DNA of 60,859 nucleotides from an uncultured Calditrichaceae bacterium (GTDB lineage: Bacteria; Calditrichota; Calditrichia; RBG-13-44-9; J075), in assembly GCA_964471235.1 (NCBI GenBank), contig CAYYGL010000003.1:1-60859 (forward strand). The letters are read 5' to 3'. Each line of letters starts with the position of its first letter. Position 1 is the stretch's first letter. Under the pieces are notes generated by a model. The model did not search any database. It was not told the DNA's origin and was given only the letters and a program-made list of their open reading frames with translations. Shown piece by piece: positions 36,199 to 46,609 of this stretch. A program made the position numbers and the translations under genes.

Positions 36199-38479
36199 TC
36201 TGTTCCTCCCAGTTCGTTTGCATATTCGAGTCAGAGGTAGTAGTAAAGTGGAGTAAAGAAAGTTTCTGCGGTGTATGGCGAATCAGCTTTATTCCGTGCT
36301 TTCTGGCATTGTCTGACCAGGTAAGATGCAACAACTCCCTTCCCCTATTATCATCTGCTGCGTTCACATCGGAACCAGGATTGCTCAGATGATATTCAAA
36401 GTGAGCCGAACGAAAAGATTCCGGGATTCCGAGTTGAGAGCTTGCTTTAACAGTATTCCCCCGGGAGGGAATAAACATCATATAAAACACCTGCGGGAGT
36501 GGTAAATCATTGTGGAAGCGAATCATTGGTGCCGGAACAGCCTGACGGTAAAGAGGAGAGATCCACCCTTCTTCCATCTTTTTCCCCCCTTCCAGGACTT
36601 CCCGTTTCATTTCTGCCCCCCAGGGAATCAGGCGCAACTGAACATCCTCTTGTTCAATCTCGATATATGGGTTCTGCATGGTTATCCGGGAAGGAGAAAG
36701 ATGCAGGAAGGATTCGACCAAATGGCTGCCTTCCCCGTACACTTCATCGATGACCACCCAGATGTCCTGATTGATGAAGAAAAAATTTCGGTAATGCTTC
36801 GGTTGTCCGGGCAACTCGCGATACGCATCGTGAGTGCCGCGAATGTAAAACAGATTATCCCGATTGACCACCTTTAGCAATTGCGGTTCGGCAGCCTTGC
36901 TCCATTCCAAAATTCCGCCATGTGTTGCCTGGCTCATTCCGTCAATCACCAAACAATTGTGGGCGCGGGTTTCCCGAAAATATTGGTGCCATGATTTATC
37001 ACCGCGATAGTTGTGAAACCCGGGGTCTATCACAAAATTCTTGCCGTAAGCGGTCAATTCAAAATTCAGGATATCCGCATGTCCGTGTGCCGCGGAAGGA
37101 GTATCGTCTCTAAAAACACCATCGGCAATCGGTCCGCAATCAAAACGGAAGTAATGAGCATCTGTCCCCCAACCGCTTCTGCCGACTGCATAACCGCTTT
37201 CCGGAAAGTAACGACACAACTCCGTTGGCGGGAGAGATTCCAGTTGCTGAAACCGCTGCCATCCCTCGGTCCCGAAGAGCCACAGGATATCCTCCCAGGG
37301 CTTCCCGGCAGCGAATTTTAATGCCGGGGAATTAAACAGAACCGCGCCGGTTGCTAAAAAATTACGGAAGTCCCAATTTTCCGGTTCGGTAAAATAAATT
37401 GAGCGGGCGTTGTCAATGTCGCCAATCCAGGGCGTTGATCCATCCGGTCGGATCAGGTGCATACTGAATTCTAAAATCTGTTTCAGATGGGTTAACATCT
37501 GCCCGGCAATCGACTCTCCGTTTTGCTGTTTGATGATGACCGGCATCAGGTAAAATCCGAGGGTGAAATAATGGTAAAAAGAGGCTTGCTCAACGGTCAT
37601 TCCATCGGGGTGGAATTGTTTGGGGAGTTGGGTTTCCAGGATATTCCATCCGGTGAATTTCCATTTGGAGGCTGATGGTATTTCGGGAAAGAGGTAGCCA
37701 ATCATAAACAACGCCGAGGCTTCCCCGATCAAATGATTATAGGGGCTGAAATAGAATGAAAGGTTCTCGGAGAGATATTTCCCATGTAAACAGAGTTGTT
37801 GAAGCATCCGGGTCAGAAACTCATCATCCACCCGTTTGGAATCGATCAGAAAATTCAATGCCCAAATCCAGGCATACGCCCGAACGGCAACTTCCAGGGC
37901 GCTGGTCCAATTTATCCCGATTTTATAAGGATTTTCTTCTACCCATTGATTAAACAGTTCGATCACTTTAATGGCATATTTTTCTTCCCTGGTGACCAAA
38001 TAGGCTTTTGCCAAATCAATGAAAAACTGGTGGCGATTGACCTCCCACACATGTTTGATATCGGTTTTTCCGTCGTTATGGAATATGTTTACTTTGCGGT
38101 AAAAATTTCGTTTATAGGAATGACCGGTTACGGGATCGATGTGCCAGTCGATATGATTATGGAAGCTGAACGAACTGCCCAGCATGGTAAACCGATGCTC
38201 CAGAAATCCATCTGCCCTCCGCAGGCATTCCTCTACCTCCCTGCCAAAATGTTGTTGAAACAATTGCCGAACGTTTTCCCTTTCGGGAGTAAAAAAGAAT
38301 TGGGGGCGCTCCGGGTTGTTCAAAAATTCTTCCCGGGTAACCGACGGCACCCGGTTTTTCACCCATTGTTCCGCTTCCCCTTCCCGGAATCGTCGTTCCT
38401 CAATGGCACCTCGAACCAACTTGTATAGGCGAACGGATATTTCCCTTGGTGTTTTATGACGTAGCTTTTGCAGCATCAC
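36191..38479 (-). CDS. Heparinase II/III-like protein with no signal peptide (apparently cytoplasmic).
   Basis: 762 aa. AAHGHADILNFEL is a heparinase II/III C-terminal domain motif, and the N-terminal half resembles an alginate-lyase-like toroid. The N-terminus MMLQKLRHKTPREISVRLYK is hydrophilic. Confidence 0.7.
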   Translation of the reverse strand: MMLQKLRHKTPREISVRLYKLVRGAIEERRFREGEAEQWVKNRVPSVTREEFLNNPERPQFFFTPERENVRQLFQQHFGREVEECLRRADGFLEHRFTMLGSSFSFHNHIDWHIDPVTGHSYKRNFYRKVNIFHNDGKTDIKHVWEVNRHQFFIDLAKAYLVTREEKYAIKVIELFNQWVEENPYKIGINWTSALEVAVRAYAWIWALNFLIDSKRVDDEFLTRMLQQLCLHGKYLSENLSFYFSPYNHLIGEASALFMIGYLFPEIPSASKWKFTGWNILETQLPKQFHPDGMTVEQASFYHYFTLGFYLMPVIIKQQNGESIAGQMLTHLKQILEFSMHLIRPDGSTPWIGDIDNARSIYFTEPENWDFRNFLATGAVLFNSPALKFAAGKPWEDILWLFGTEGWQRFQQLESLPPTELCRYFPESGYAVGRSGWGTDAHYFRFDCGPIADGVFRDDTPSAAHGHADILNFELTAYGKNFVIDPGFHNYRGDKSWHQYFRETRAHNCLVIDGMSQATHGGILEWSKAAEPQLLKVVNRDNLFYIRGTHDAYRELPGQPKHYRNFFFINQDIWVVIDEVYGEGSHLVESFLHLSPSRITMQNPYIEIEQEDVQLRLIPWGAEMKREVLEGGKKMEEGWISPLYRQAVPAPMIRFHNDLPLPQVFYMMFIPSRGNTVKASSQLGIPESFRSAHFEYHLSNPGSDVNAADDNRGRELLHLTWSDNARKHGIKLIRHTPQKLSLLHFTTTSDSNMQTNWEEQIG

Positions 38480-38503
38480 TTTGTAACTGTTATGAGCTTA
38501 ACA

Positions 38504-39619
38504 TTAGTTTTGATAAATCAATTCGTAATTGCGGATCATCCGGTTCAGATCAAACTTTTCCAGCGCAATTTGCCGGGCATTTTCTCCCATCCTTTGACGC
38601 AAACTTTTATCTTGATACAATTTCCAGATGGCATCTGCGACGGCTTTATCATCATTCGAGGGAACCAGCAACCCGTTAACGCCGTGTTCAACAATTTCCG
38701 GATTCCCACCCACCTCGGTTACTACTGCCGGGAGCCCCATCGACTGGGATTCCAGCAATGCCAGCGATATTGCCTCTGACAGGGAAGTCAGGGCAAACAC
38801 ATGACAGGCAGCCAGCACATTCGCAACATCGTTACGCTTACCTAAAAACTTGATATAATCTTCAAGTTTGTTAGCAGTTAAGTACTCTGCCAATTGTTGA
38901 CTGCTTTCTTCAGTGCGGATTAAACTGGCGCCAATATGATATAATTTGATGGTTGGGATTTTCTCTTTAAGTCTATTGATGGCTTTGAACAGACAGAGAA
39001 AATTCTTTACCGTCACCAATCTTCCGATGGTGCATATATTAAATTGGCCGGTAGTAGGAATATTGTTATCCGCAGCAACCCGGTCGCGTGAGAAAAAGCC
39101 GGTATCAATCCCATTATAAATAACTTTCACATTTCGGGCGCCCCATTCTTTTTCCAGATAGGCTTTGCCGGCTTTTGATACGGAAATAGTCCGGTCGCAG
39201 AAGCGAATTAGCCCCCATCGCAGAAATTTACGAATGCCTTGTTTCAGGGAACTGGCATACATCCGTTCATCGTATTCCAGACCATGTTGCACATGCACCA
39301 ATTTGACACCCGGGAAGCGAATTTTGAGCAGCACACCGTCAACAAAGGTTCCCCAATTGTTTACATGAATGACTTGAATATTGTCCTGTTTGCACTGGCG
39401 AATCATCCGGGAGATCGCTGAGCGGTCATACCCGCTTTTTTTGTTGAAATTCCGCACCTGAACATCCGGCTTGAGGCGTTTTAAAAAATCCGCATCCGAA
39501 AAATATAATACATACAAAAACGGTTCAAAACGGGAACGGTCAAGATGATTCAACAATGTTAACACGTAATTTTCCACCCCGGCTGGGACAAAATAATTTA
39601 CCAGGTAAGCAATTCTCAT
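38504..39619 (-). CDS. GT4 family glycosyltransferase.
   Basis: MRIAYLVNYFVPAG is the probable true start (the track ORF extends to 39670). SEAISLALLESQSMGLPAVVTEVGGNPEIVEHGVNGLLV. Confidence 0.8.
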   Translation of the reverse strand: MRIAYLVNYFVPAGVENYVLTLLNHLDRSRFEPFLYVLYFSDADFLKRLKPDVQVRNFNKKSGYDRSAISRMIRQCKQDNIQVIHVNNWGTFVDGVLLKIRFPGVKLVHVQHGLEYDERMYASSLKQGIRKFLRWGLIRFCDRTISVSKAGKAYLEKEWGARNVKVIYNGIDTGFFSRDRVAADNNIPTTGQFNICTIGRLVTVKNFLCLFKAINRLKEKIPTIKLYHIGASLIRTEESSQQLAEYLTANKLEDYIKFLGKRNDVANVLAACHVFALTSLSEAISLALLESQSMGLPAVVTEVGGNPEIVEHGVNGLLVPSNDDKAVADAIWKLYQDKSLRQRMGENARQIALEKFDLNRMIRNYELIYQN

Positions 39620-39626
39620 TTTATTA

Positions 39627-41015
39627 TCAGGCATCGGTGGGCAGAGGGTGTTTAGCCAAGATTTCTTCAAACTGTTTCACCAAATGGGGCATGGAATAGC
39701 TCTCGAGTTTTTTCTCGTCCGGCAACAGGCGATGATTCTGCCCCGAGGTCAGGTATTCAAAAAAAGCAACGATGGCATCCAGGGACTGACAATCCGAAAC
39801 ATATCCGACGCGTAATTCCTCAATCATTTTCTGCCCAACGCTGGGAATTTCCAGCACTCCCCAGATCGGCTTATTCACCAGCAAATAATCAAAAAACTTC
39901 GCCGGTACCTGAACGGACGTTCCCGGTTGGAGGAGCAACAGCCAGTCGGCTTGTTTGCTTCTTTCCATCACCTCCTGATAGGGAAGGGAAGGTTGGAAAG
40001 ATACCTGCTTTGTCAGGTGCAATTGTTCAATCAACTCGTGCAAGAACGAAAGGGATGGTGAGACGGACCCCACAAACGTAATTTCGATCTTTCCGGCTTG
40101 TTCGGGATGCTGTTTGGCATAAGCTGCCAATCCTTCCAATATCATTTGGGGATTACGCTTTTTGTATAAGGTGCCGGTATGGAGTATCCGGATTTTTTCG
40201 GAGGATTCCGGCTTGTAATCTTCAGGAGAATTTTCCCGATGATTACTGCGGATCTCCGGATCAAAACCATTGGGGATGACATATCCTTTGCGGTCTAATG
40301 AGCCAAACGATGCGTAATGACTCTCATAGAGATTCTTCAGGAATTCGGTGTTAAAGATCAGCACATCGGCTTGTTTGATAGTACGCCGTTCAAAGTGCCT
40401 GTCAAGGCGGCGGTAAAGTTTCTCAATCAGGGTTTCATTTTCTACATCCCACTGGCTTAATGCCCAGGGGTCCCGAAAATCCGCAATGTAGACAAACCGG
40501 GAAAATCGTCTTAAAAAATTTAAAGGGATATTTACCGAATGAGGGGGCGAACTTGCCAGAACGTACTCAATTTTATTCTCTTTTAAAATTTTTTTCAGTT
40601 GCCGGAGAACGGACAGGCTGAACCCGTTATACCGATCCGGATATTGCAACAAACCGGTGAGAAACTCTTTTACTTCATGGAAAAACCCACCTTTCTCTGG
40701 AACAGAAAGAATGGATTTCTCGGCAGGTTTCATAGCGCCGTCATTCCCGCTCTTTTTTTTCCGAGTTAACCATCTTTGTTTGATCCGCCCGCTTAAATTA
40801 AACAAATCCGGGGGATCGAATCGAATCACTTTAATTCCATCAGGAAGGTAAAATCCATAGTTGTTAGCAGAACCTTCAAACCACTTTTCCGTGAGGGTTA
40901 AGACAAAAATTTTCCAACCATCCCGACTCAGATATTTGATGAACTTCACCATTCGTTGGGTTCCCACACTGTCGGAAGGCGGGAAATGAGGTGTTATGAA
41001 CAGAATATGTTTCAT
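39627..41015 (-). CDS. GT-B fold (GT4-like) glycosyltransferase.
   Basis: 462 aa. MKHILFITPHFPPSDSVGTQRMVKFIKYL. The C-terminal half follows a Rossmann pattern, but the EX7E motif is not clear. Confidence 0.6.
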   Translation of the reverse strand: MKHILFITPHFPPSDSVGTQRMVKFIKYLSRDGWKIFVLTLTEKWFEGSANNYGFYLPDGIKVIRFDPPDLFNLSGRIKQRWLTRKKKSGNDGAMKPAEKSILSVPEKGGFFHEVKEFLTGLLQYPDRYNGFSLSVLRQLKKILKENKIEYVLASSPPHSVNIPLNFLRRFSRFVYIADFRDPWALSQWDVENETLIEKLYRRLDRHFERRTIKQADVLIFNTEFLKNLYESHYASFGSLDRKGYVIPNGFDPEIRSNHRENSPEDYKPESSEKIRILHTGTLYKKRNPQMILEGLAAYAKQHPEQAGKIEITFVGSVSPSLSFLHELIEQLHLTKQVSFQPSLPYQEVMERSKQADWLLLLQPGTSVQVPAKFFDYLLVNKPIWGVLEIPSVGQKMIEELRVGYVSDCQSLDAIVAFFEYLTSGQNHRLLPDEKKLESYSMPHLVKQFEEILAKHPLPTDA

Positions 41016-41070
41016 TTTGGTTGCAAGTCAATGGTTCCGATAATTTTATAATATACGAAGAACAGCGTTC

Positions 41071-42165
41071 CTAACCATCCTTTAGAATCTCAACAATCCT
41101 GTCAGCGGCATTACCATCCCACAATTCCGGTATCCTGCCCTTTTTCCACTTTCCGTCCAATAATTGCCAGGTAAGTTGCACGATCTTTTCGGTATCGGTA
41201 CCGACAATTTCGTTGGTACCTTCGGAAACGGTCACCGGACGCTCGGTATTTTCTCTCAGGGTCATGCATGGGATGCCCAGATAAGTGGTCTCTTCCTGAA
41301 TGCCCCCGGAATCCGTCATCACAAATTTACAATGACGCATCAACTGCATAAAATCCAGATACCCAACAGGGGCAATGAGTTGAAGATTCGGTAAAGATGC
41401 CAATCGCTTCTCCAATCCAAAATCTTTAATATTTTTTTCAGTCCGGGGATGAATCGGAAAGATTATCGGTAACCGGGATGACAATTGTTCAAAAGCGGAG
41501 ATGATTTTGAGAAAATTCTCAGGGTTATCTACATTCGAAGGACGATGCAGTGTTACCAGCGCATATTCCTTAGGTTGCAGATGAAATTCTTTCAGCAACG
41601 GTGCTCCATCGTTTTTTTGCAAATAGTAAATCAAGGAGTCAATCATGACATTGCCCACGAAATGAATTTTATGCGGGTCGATACCTTCTTTAAGCAGATT
41701 TTCGGTGCCGCTTTTCTCAGTGGTGAACAAATATTCGGATAAAGCATCCGTAACGATCCGATTGATTTCCTCGGGCATACTTCGATCAAGACTTCGCAAC
41801 CCCGCTTCGACATGGGCAACAGGAATTTCCAGTTTAGATGCGACCAGGCTGCAAGCAACGGTGGAGTTCACATCTCCCACCACCAGAACCAGGTCCGGCT
41901 TCATCTCCTGGCAAATTTTTTCGAATTCAATCATTATTTTTGCAGTCTGCACCGCATGGCTCCCGGACCCAACACCCAGATAAATATCCGGTTCCGGCAA
42001 CTCCAGATCATCAAAAAACACTTTGCTCATCTGTTTATCATAGTGCTGCCCGGTATGCACCAATACCGGTTCAAAATCGTTAGGGTACTGCTTCATCGAT
42101 CGGTGAATCGGGGCTATTTTCATAAAATTTGGGCGTGCACCAACAATATTTAAAACTCTTTTCAT
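41071..42165 (-). CDS. wecB: UDP-N-acetylglucosamine 2-epimerase (non-hydrolysing).
   Basis: 364 aa. VLNIVGARPNFMKIAPI, VHTGQHYD, HVEAGLRS and MTDSGGIQEE. Confidence 0.92.
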   Translation of the reverse strand: MKRVLNIVGARPNFMKIAPIHRSMKQYPNDFEPVLVHTGQHYDKQMSKVFFDDLELPEPDIYLGVGSGSHAVQTAKIMIEFEKICQEMKPDLVLVVGDVNSTVACSLVASKLEIPVAHVEAGLRSLDRSMPEEINRIVTDALSEYLFTTEKSGTENLLKEGIDPHKIHFVGNVMIDSLIYYLQKNDGAPLLKEFHLQPKEYALVTLHRPSNVDNPENFLKIISAFEQLSSRLPIIFPIHPRTEKNIKDFGLEKRLASLPNLQLIAPVGYLDFMQLMRHCKFVMTDSGGIQEETTYLGIPCMTLRENTERPVTVSEGTNEIVGTDTEKIVQLTWQLLDGKWKKGRIPELWDGNAADRIVEILKDG

Positions 42166-42228
42166 AACTTCCTTTCCGATTCCGTTTGGAGTGTCGACTA
42201 AATGTTCAAAATTTTCATAGATATCTTT

Positions 42229-44229
42229 TCAGGTTCTATGAAATTTATAAACTAGCACCATTCCATCCAGGCTGGTGTAAACAAGATTCTTCCGATACAA
42301 CCGGGCAATTTTGCGTTCTTCCGGAGAACTGTTTTTGTATTCGGGAGAATAGGAAATAAACCAGATTGTTTTGCCGGGAAAAGTCAACAAGTTTAAAAGT
42401 TCCGATTCCGTTTTCAACAACCGGGCATTCGTCCATCGCTCTCTCTCTCCATATTGCATGGATATACTGGTAAACGTTTTACGGTTCATATTCCGATAAA
42501 AGTAATCCATCCGTTTCAGATAATATTCCACCGGGTAAATCGAAGTAATAATGATGTCCTCCGGAGACATTTGTCTGTTTACAAATTCTGCAGGAGTTCG
42601 AACCTCAAACCGACGAATCACATGCGCTGCCCTGGAGGAATTGATATTATAATTCATTCGAAAATTCACTTCCTTTGAATCAATATGCGTCAGATGAGCA
42701 AGGTTAAAATCTTCCGAAAACCACAAAAACAACCCAAGTAAAATCACCATAGATAATTGAGGTACCGTTCCTTTTGGCACGAACATTTCAACAATCCATT
42801 TCAAGGATTGTACAAAAAGAATTAACAACAACGGGTATAGGAAGAATGAATACCGGGTATTATGATATGGGGTGTTGAGGACACCAATTAACACATTATG
42901 AAAAAGGCCGACAAAAAACAGAAACCTGGCTCCCTCGTCGGAACGGTTATTTCGAATCAGCACATAAAATACTCCAAAAACAGTTATGATTCCGACGATA
43001 ACACTAAATAATGGAATGGCTTCCCAGTATTCGCTAATTATTTTGTCATAAACCGGGGGGTAATCTATGAGAACAATGAGCAATTTTCGTAAGGTATGAG
43101 CCTGTTCCATTCCCGGAAAAAATGAATGCCAGGAGGTGGTTGTTAAGCCAAATACTATCCAAAAAACAAGATTGATGAGTATGGATACCATACTATATTT
43201 AAATGCCGACGTCTGAAAATCTTCATTTTTCAACCACCGGATAAAATACATCATCAAAAACAAATAGAAAATTACCCCGAACAGGTTAAGCAAAGAGAGC
43301 AGCATAAAAAGAACCGGTACAAATGCCTTGAGAAGGGGTAATTCCCTGCGTTTAAAAATATTATAGGTAAAGAAAATTGTTATGCCAAGCGGCAAAATGA
43401 ATGAGACACTCCAAAATGAATTCCGGAAGATAGTGGTCAGAAAAAGATAAGGAAAATCGACTGGAGTTTGGCTAAGATTGGATAGGGATAAATTTGCCGG
43501 GAACGGATTCTTTACCCCCCAAAAACGGAAATTGGTTGACAGGAAAAAATATGCTATCCCCAGTAATAGCAAACTGAGGAGAAACCGTGGGAGGTGTTTT
43601 TTATATTCACCCCGATAAGCATAATAAACGAAAGGGAAAAAATTGAGAAGTACCAAAAAGAATGCGGCTTCGAATACCAGAATACTGAGAAAACTAATCA
43701 GGTAAAGCCATTTTTCAACTTTATGGTTTTTTTCCACAATAACCATATATAGAAACAGTATATACCATAAAAACAACATCTGGAAAGGAGCATACATTCG
43801 GGCATACCGTGCAATTTCAATTTCCCAGATGGATAAAGAAAACAATATGACACTTGCCACTGAAACGGTACGCCCACCGATTTTTTTAGCCAGGAGGTAG
43901 ACGGCGGGGATAGTCAAGATGTTGGAGAGAACCGGTATAAGACGGAGAGCCAATTCATCCCGTATACCGAACGAAATTAAAGCGGCTGAGATGTATTGTT
44001 GAAATAAGCCGCGAGTATAGAATCCTCCTAATTCGAATGCTGGCAATCCACATCGGATAATATTATGGACAGATTTCCCGATGAAATATTCATCGGTAGA
44101 TGCCAGGGGCCATTTCCCTAACCCTTTAAATCGGAAAAAAATCCCCAGGACAACCGAGAGGGTCATCACCAGGTACCAAAACAATTCAACCGACGAAAAG
44201 TCCTGTTTTATTCGTCTATACTTAATCAT
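42229..44229 (-). CDS. Polytopic membrane protein, probable GT-C-like glycosyltransferase.
   Basis: 666 aa. The first-loop acidic motif LASTDEYFIGKS is followed by more than 12 TM segments and a C-terminal soluble domain. Confidence 0.45.
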   Translation of the reverse strand: MIKYRRIKQDFSSVELFWYLVMTLSVVLGIFFRFKGLGKWPLASTDEYFIGKSVHNIIRCGLPAFELGGFYTRGLFQQYISAALISFGIRDELALRLIPVLSNILTIPAVYLLAKKIGGRTVSVASVILFSLSIWEIEIARYARMYAPFQMLFLWYILFLYMVIVEKNHKVEKWLYLISFLSILVFEAAFFLVLLNFFPFVYYAYRGEYKKHLPRFLLSLLLLGIAYFFLSTNFRFWGVKNPFPANLSLSNLSQTPVDFPYLFLTTIFRNSFWSVSFILPLGITIFFTYNIFKRRELPLLKAFVPVLFMLLSLLNLFGVIFYLFLMMYFIRWLKNEDFQTSAFKYSMVSILINLVFWIVFGLTTTSWHSFFPGMEQAHTLRKLLIVLIDYPPVYDKIISEYWEAIPLFSVIVGIITVFGVFYVLIRNNRSDEGARFLFFVGLFHNVLIGVLNTPYHNTRYSFFLYPLLLILFVQSLKWIVEMFVPKGTVPQLSMVILLGLFLWFSEDFNLAHLTHIDSKEVNFRMNYNINSSRAAHVIRRFEVRTPAEFVNRQMSPEDIIITSIYPVEYYLKRMDYFYRNMNRKTFTSISMQYGERERWTNARLLKTESELLNLLTFPGKTIWFISYSPEYKNSSPEERKIARLYRKNLVYTSLDGMVLVYKFHRT

Positions 44230-44430
44230 GAGGGAACCAGCAAAAAAGGATTATTCTCCCTATTCAACACGGTAAATTCCGGAATATTCTACCCGGTTGG
44301 TATTACGTTAGATGATGTTGTAACCATGAATTGGAGGAAACATGAATGTTTTCACCCCTGGTGGCAGGCATATTCTTTGGGACAAAAAACTTTATTAAGA
44401 AGAGGCACCGTCAGGCATTGGAGATCGAGC

Positions 44431-45384
44431 CTAATTCACAACTTGTTCTATAGTATATTCTTTGAGTTCTTTGGCATGGGTAAAAATAATAATTTCCCCG
44501 ATTAACCCAATGGCAAGAATTTGAATGCCTACGACGAATAGCAGTAAACCCACCAGAACGATGGGTCTGTCCGCCAGCCCGATCCCCATAAACATGCGCT
44601 GGATAAAGAGTAAGATTAATAAGATGGCACCGAGGGCAAAAATAAATAGCCCGGTAAGACCAAAAAAGCGTAAGGGTTTTTTGGTAAACTTAATCAAAAA
44701 GAATACAGATAAGACATCCAGCAGGCGACGGACATAGACACCGGGTGCATACAATCTTTGGAAGGCATCTTCTTCAGATTGGGGAATATCAATTTCCCGC
44801 ACCTTAAACCCATAGCGGCTTGCCCATAATGGTAAAAAACGATGCTGATCACCGTAAACCTGAATCTCTTCTAAAATCTTCCTCCGCATTAACCGCACAC
44901 CGGAACCAAGATCTTTAAATTTGTAGCCGGTAATCTGTTTCACCAGAGCATGAAATATTCGGGATTGTAATTGATTAATAAAATTGTCTTTACGTGGATA
45001 GCGACGAGCAATTACCATATCATACCCGGTTATCGCATCCATTAACATGGGCAACTTATCAATGTGAATTTGTTGGTAAGCCGGCAGGGTTAAGATGTAA
45101 TCACCGGAGGCATGGGCAAAACCGGCGGAGAGGGCGGTACTTTCTCCAAACCTTTTAGAGAGTTTTAAAATTTTAATGGGTTCACCCTGTTCTTTCAACG
45201 CCTGAAAAGCCATATACAGGTGAGGATAATCGCCATCTAAAACACAGATAAATTCGTAAGTTTTCCCAATAGTCTCCAAACTTTGCTTATAGGCGGGATA
45301 AAGTTCTGCTACATTATTAGTACGTTTTTTTTCCGTAATCGGAATGATTACCGAAATCTCAATTTTGCTACTCATAATGAACAA
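44431..45384 (-). CDS. GtrB/DPM1-like GT2 paralogue with degenerate catalytic motifs and two C-terminal TM helices.
   Basis: 317 aa. ISVIIPITEKK, ICVLDGDYPHL in place of DDGSxD, and ILTLPAYQQI in place of MDxDLQ. It aligns by eye with the adjacent gene 45368..46384. The start is possibly the ATG at 45375. Confidence 0.6.
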   Translation of the reverse strand: MFIMSSKIEISVIIPITEKKRTNNVAELYPAYKQSLETIGKTYEFICVLDGDYPHLYMAFQALKEQGEPIKILKLSKRFGESTALSAGFAHASGDYILTLPAYQQIHIDKLPMLMDAITGYDMVIARRYPRKDNFINQLQSRIFHALVKQITGYKFKDLGSGVRLMRRKILEEIQVYGDQHRFLPLWASRYGFKVREIDIPQSEEDAFQRLYAPGVYVRRLLDVLSVFFLIKFTKKPLRFFGLTGLFIFALGAILLILLFIQRMFMGIGLADRPIVLVGLLLFVVGIQILAIGLIGEIIIFTHAKELKEYTIEQVVN

Positions 45385-46384
45385 CCTTTCGGCTTTCTCT
45401 TTCTTTTTTGATTTCTTTCACAATAGTTAAAAAAGGAAGTTGTTCCAACCTTAGATTCCCGGTTTTATAAATCAAATCACAAAGCATTCCTAAAGATAGC
45501 AGGAAAATACTATTCGCTCCGCACAGCAAGCTGACCCCCATCCAAACCACAACCGACTGCTCCGGGAAAAAAAACGTCCAGATAATGCTGACGAGGAATG
45601 CCATCAGACTAACCAGGGCAAATAAAAAAGCACCAATGCCAAACCCCCTTACCGGTCGAGAGGAGATGGAAATAATCGTTTTAATAGAGATTAAATCTAA
45701 CAGTACTTTATAGATTCGTGAGAGACCATATTTGGAAGTGCCATATTTACGCGCATGATGGCGAACTTTGATCTCCGCTACTTTCGCCCCGGCAATAGAT
45801 GCCATTGCCGGAATAAAGCGATGCATCTCGGAATATAAAGGCACATTTTTAATCACTTCCGCCCGATACGCTTTTAAGGAGCACCCATTGTCTTTTATCG
45901 GAACACCGGTAACCTTTCCAATTAACCAATTGGCAATTTTGGAAGGAATTTTACGCGTGATGAGTTTATCCTGCCGGTTAAAACGCCACCCCACAACAAT
46001 GTCATATCCCTCTTGAATTTTCGCAAGGAAATGGGGGATATCTTCCGGGTCATTCTGCAAATCGCCATCCATTGTCACCAAAATCTGACCACGGGCATTG
46101 TCTATGCCGGCTGCCATCGCCGGGGTCTGCCCGTAATTACGCCGAAATTTGATTACCCGTAAAAAGGGATTTTGTAATGCCAGTGCTTTTGCTCGCTCAA
46201 AGGTGCTGTCGGAACTCCCGTCATCAACAAATATAATCTCATACTTTAACCCTAACGAAATCACCACTTTCATTAAGGCATCATAAAGGGGGTGGATTGA
46301 TTCCTCTTCATTGTACAGCGGTACAACAATAGACACGTCTACTTCATGACTGTTAGTTGAATAGTGGTGATGTTGAACAGGCAT
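45368..46384 (-). CDS. GT2 polyprenyl-phosphate sugar synthase (GtrB/DPM1-like).
   Basis: 338 aa. VSIVVPLYNEEESI, IFVDDGSSDST, FRRNYGQTPAMAAGIDNARGQILVTMDGDLQNDPEDIP, YGTSKYG, and two C-terminal TM helices. Confidence 0.8.
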   Translation of the reverse strand: MPVQHHHYSTNSHEVDVSIVVPLYNEEESIHPLYDALMKVVISLGLKYEIIFVDDGSSDSTFERAKALALQNPFLRVIKFRRNYGQTPAMAAGIDNARGQILVTMDGDLQNDPEDIPHFLAKIQEGYDIVVGWRFNRQDKLITRKIPSKIANWLIGKVTGVPIKDNGCSLKAYRAEVIKNVPLYSEMHRFIPAMASIAGAKVAEIKVRHHARKYGTSKYGLSRIYKVLLDLISIKTIISISSRPVRGFGIGAFLFALVSLMAFLVSIIWTFFFPEQSVVVWMGVSLLCGANSIFLLSLGMLCDLIYKTGNLRLEQLPFLTIVKEIKKERESRKVVHYE

Positions 46385-46609
46385 TTTTTGAATGACTTTT
46401 CGTTTTCTTATTCGATCGCTTATAATCGGAATGTTGTTGGGATAAACAAGTTTTTACACAACTTACCAGCAAGATTATTTTTCCACAAAGTAACTTGGGA
46501 ACCTCAGGCAATCGAAACATATCTTTTAAGCAGAAAAAGAACTCCTGTGGAGAGGATGCACTTGAGAGGAAGTTAACAAAATTTATTTTTTCGTAGCACT
46601 CTTAAATGA

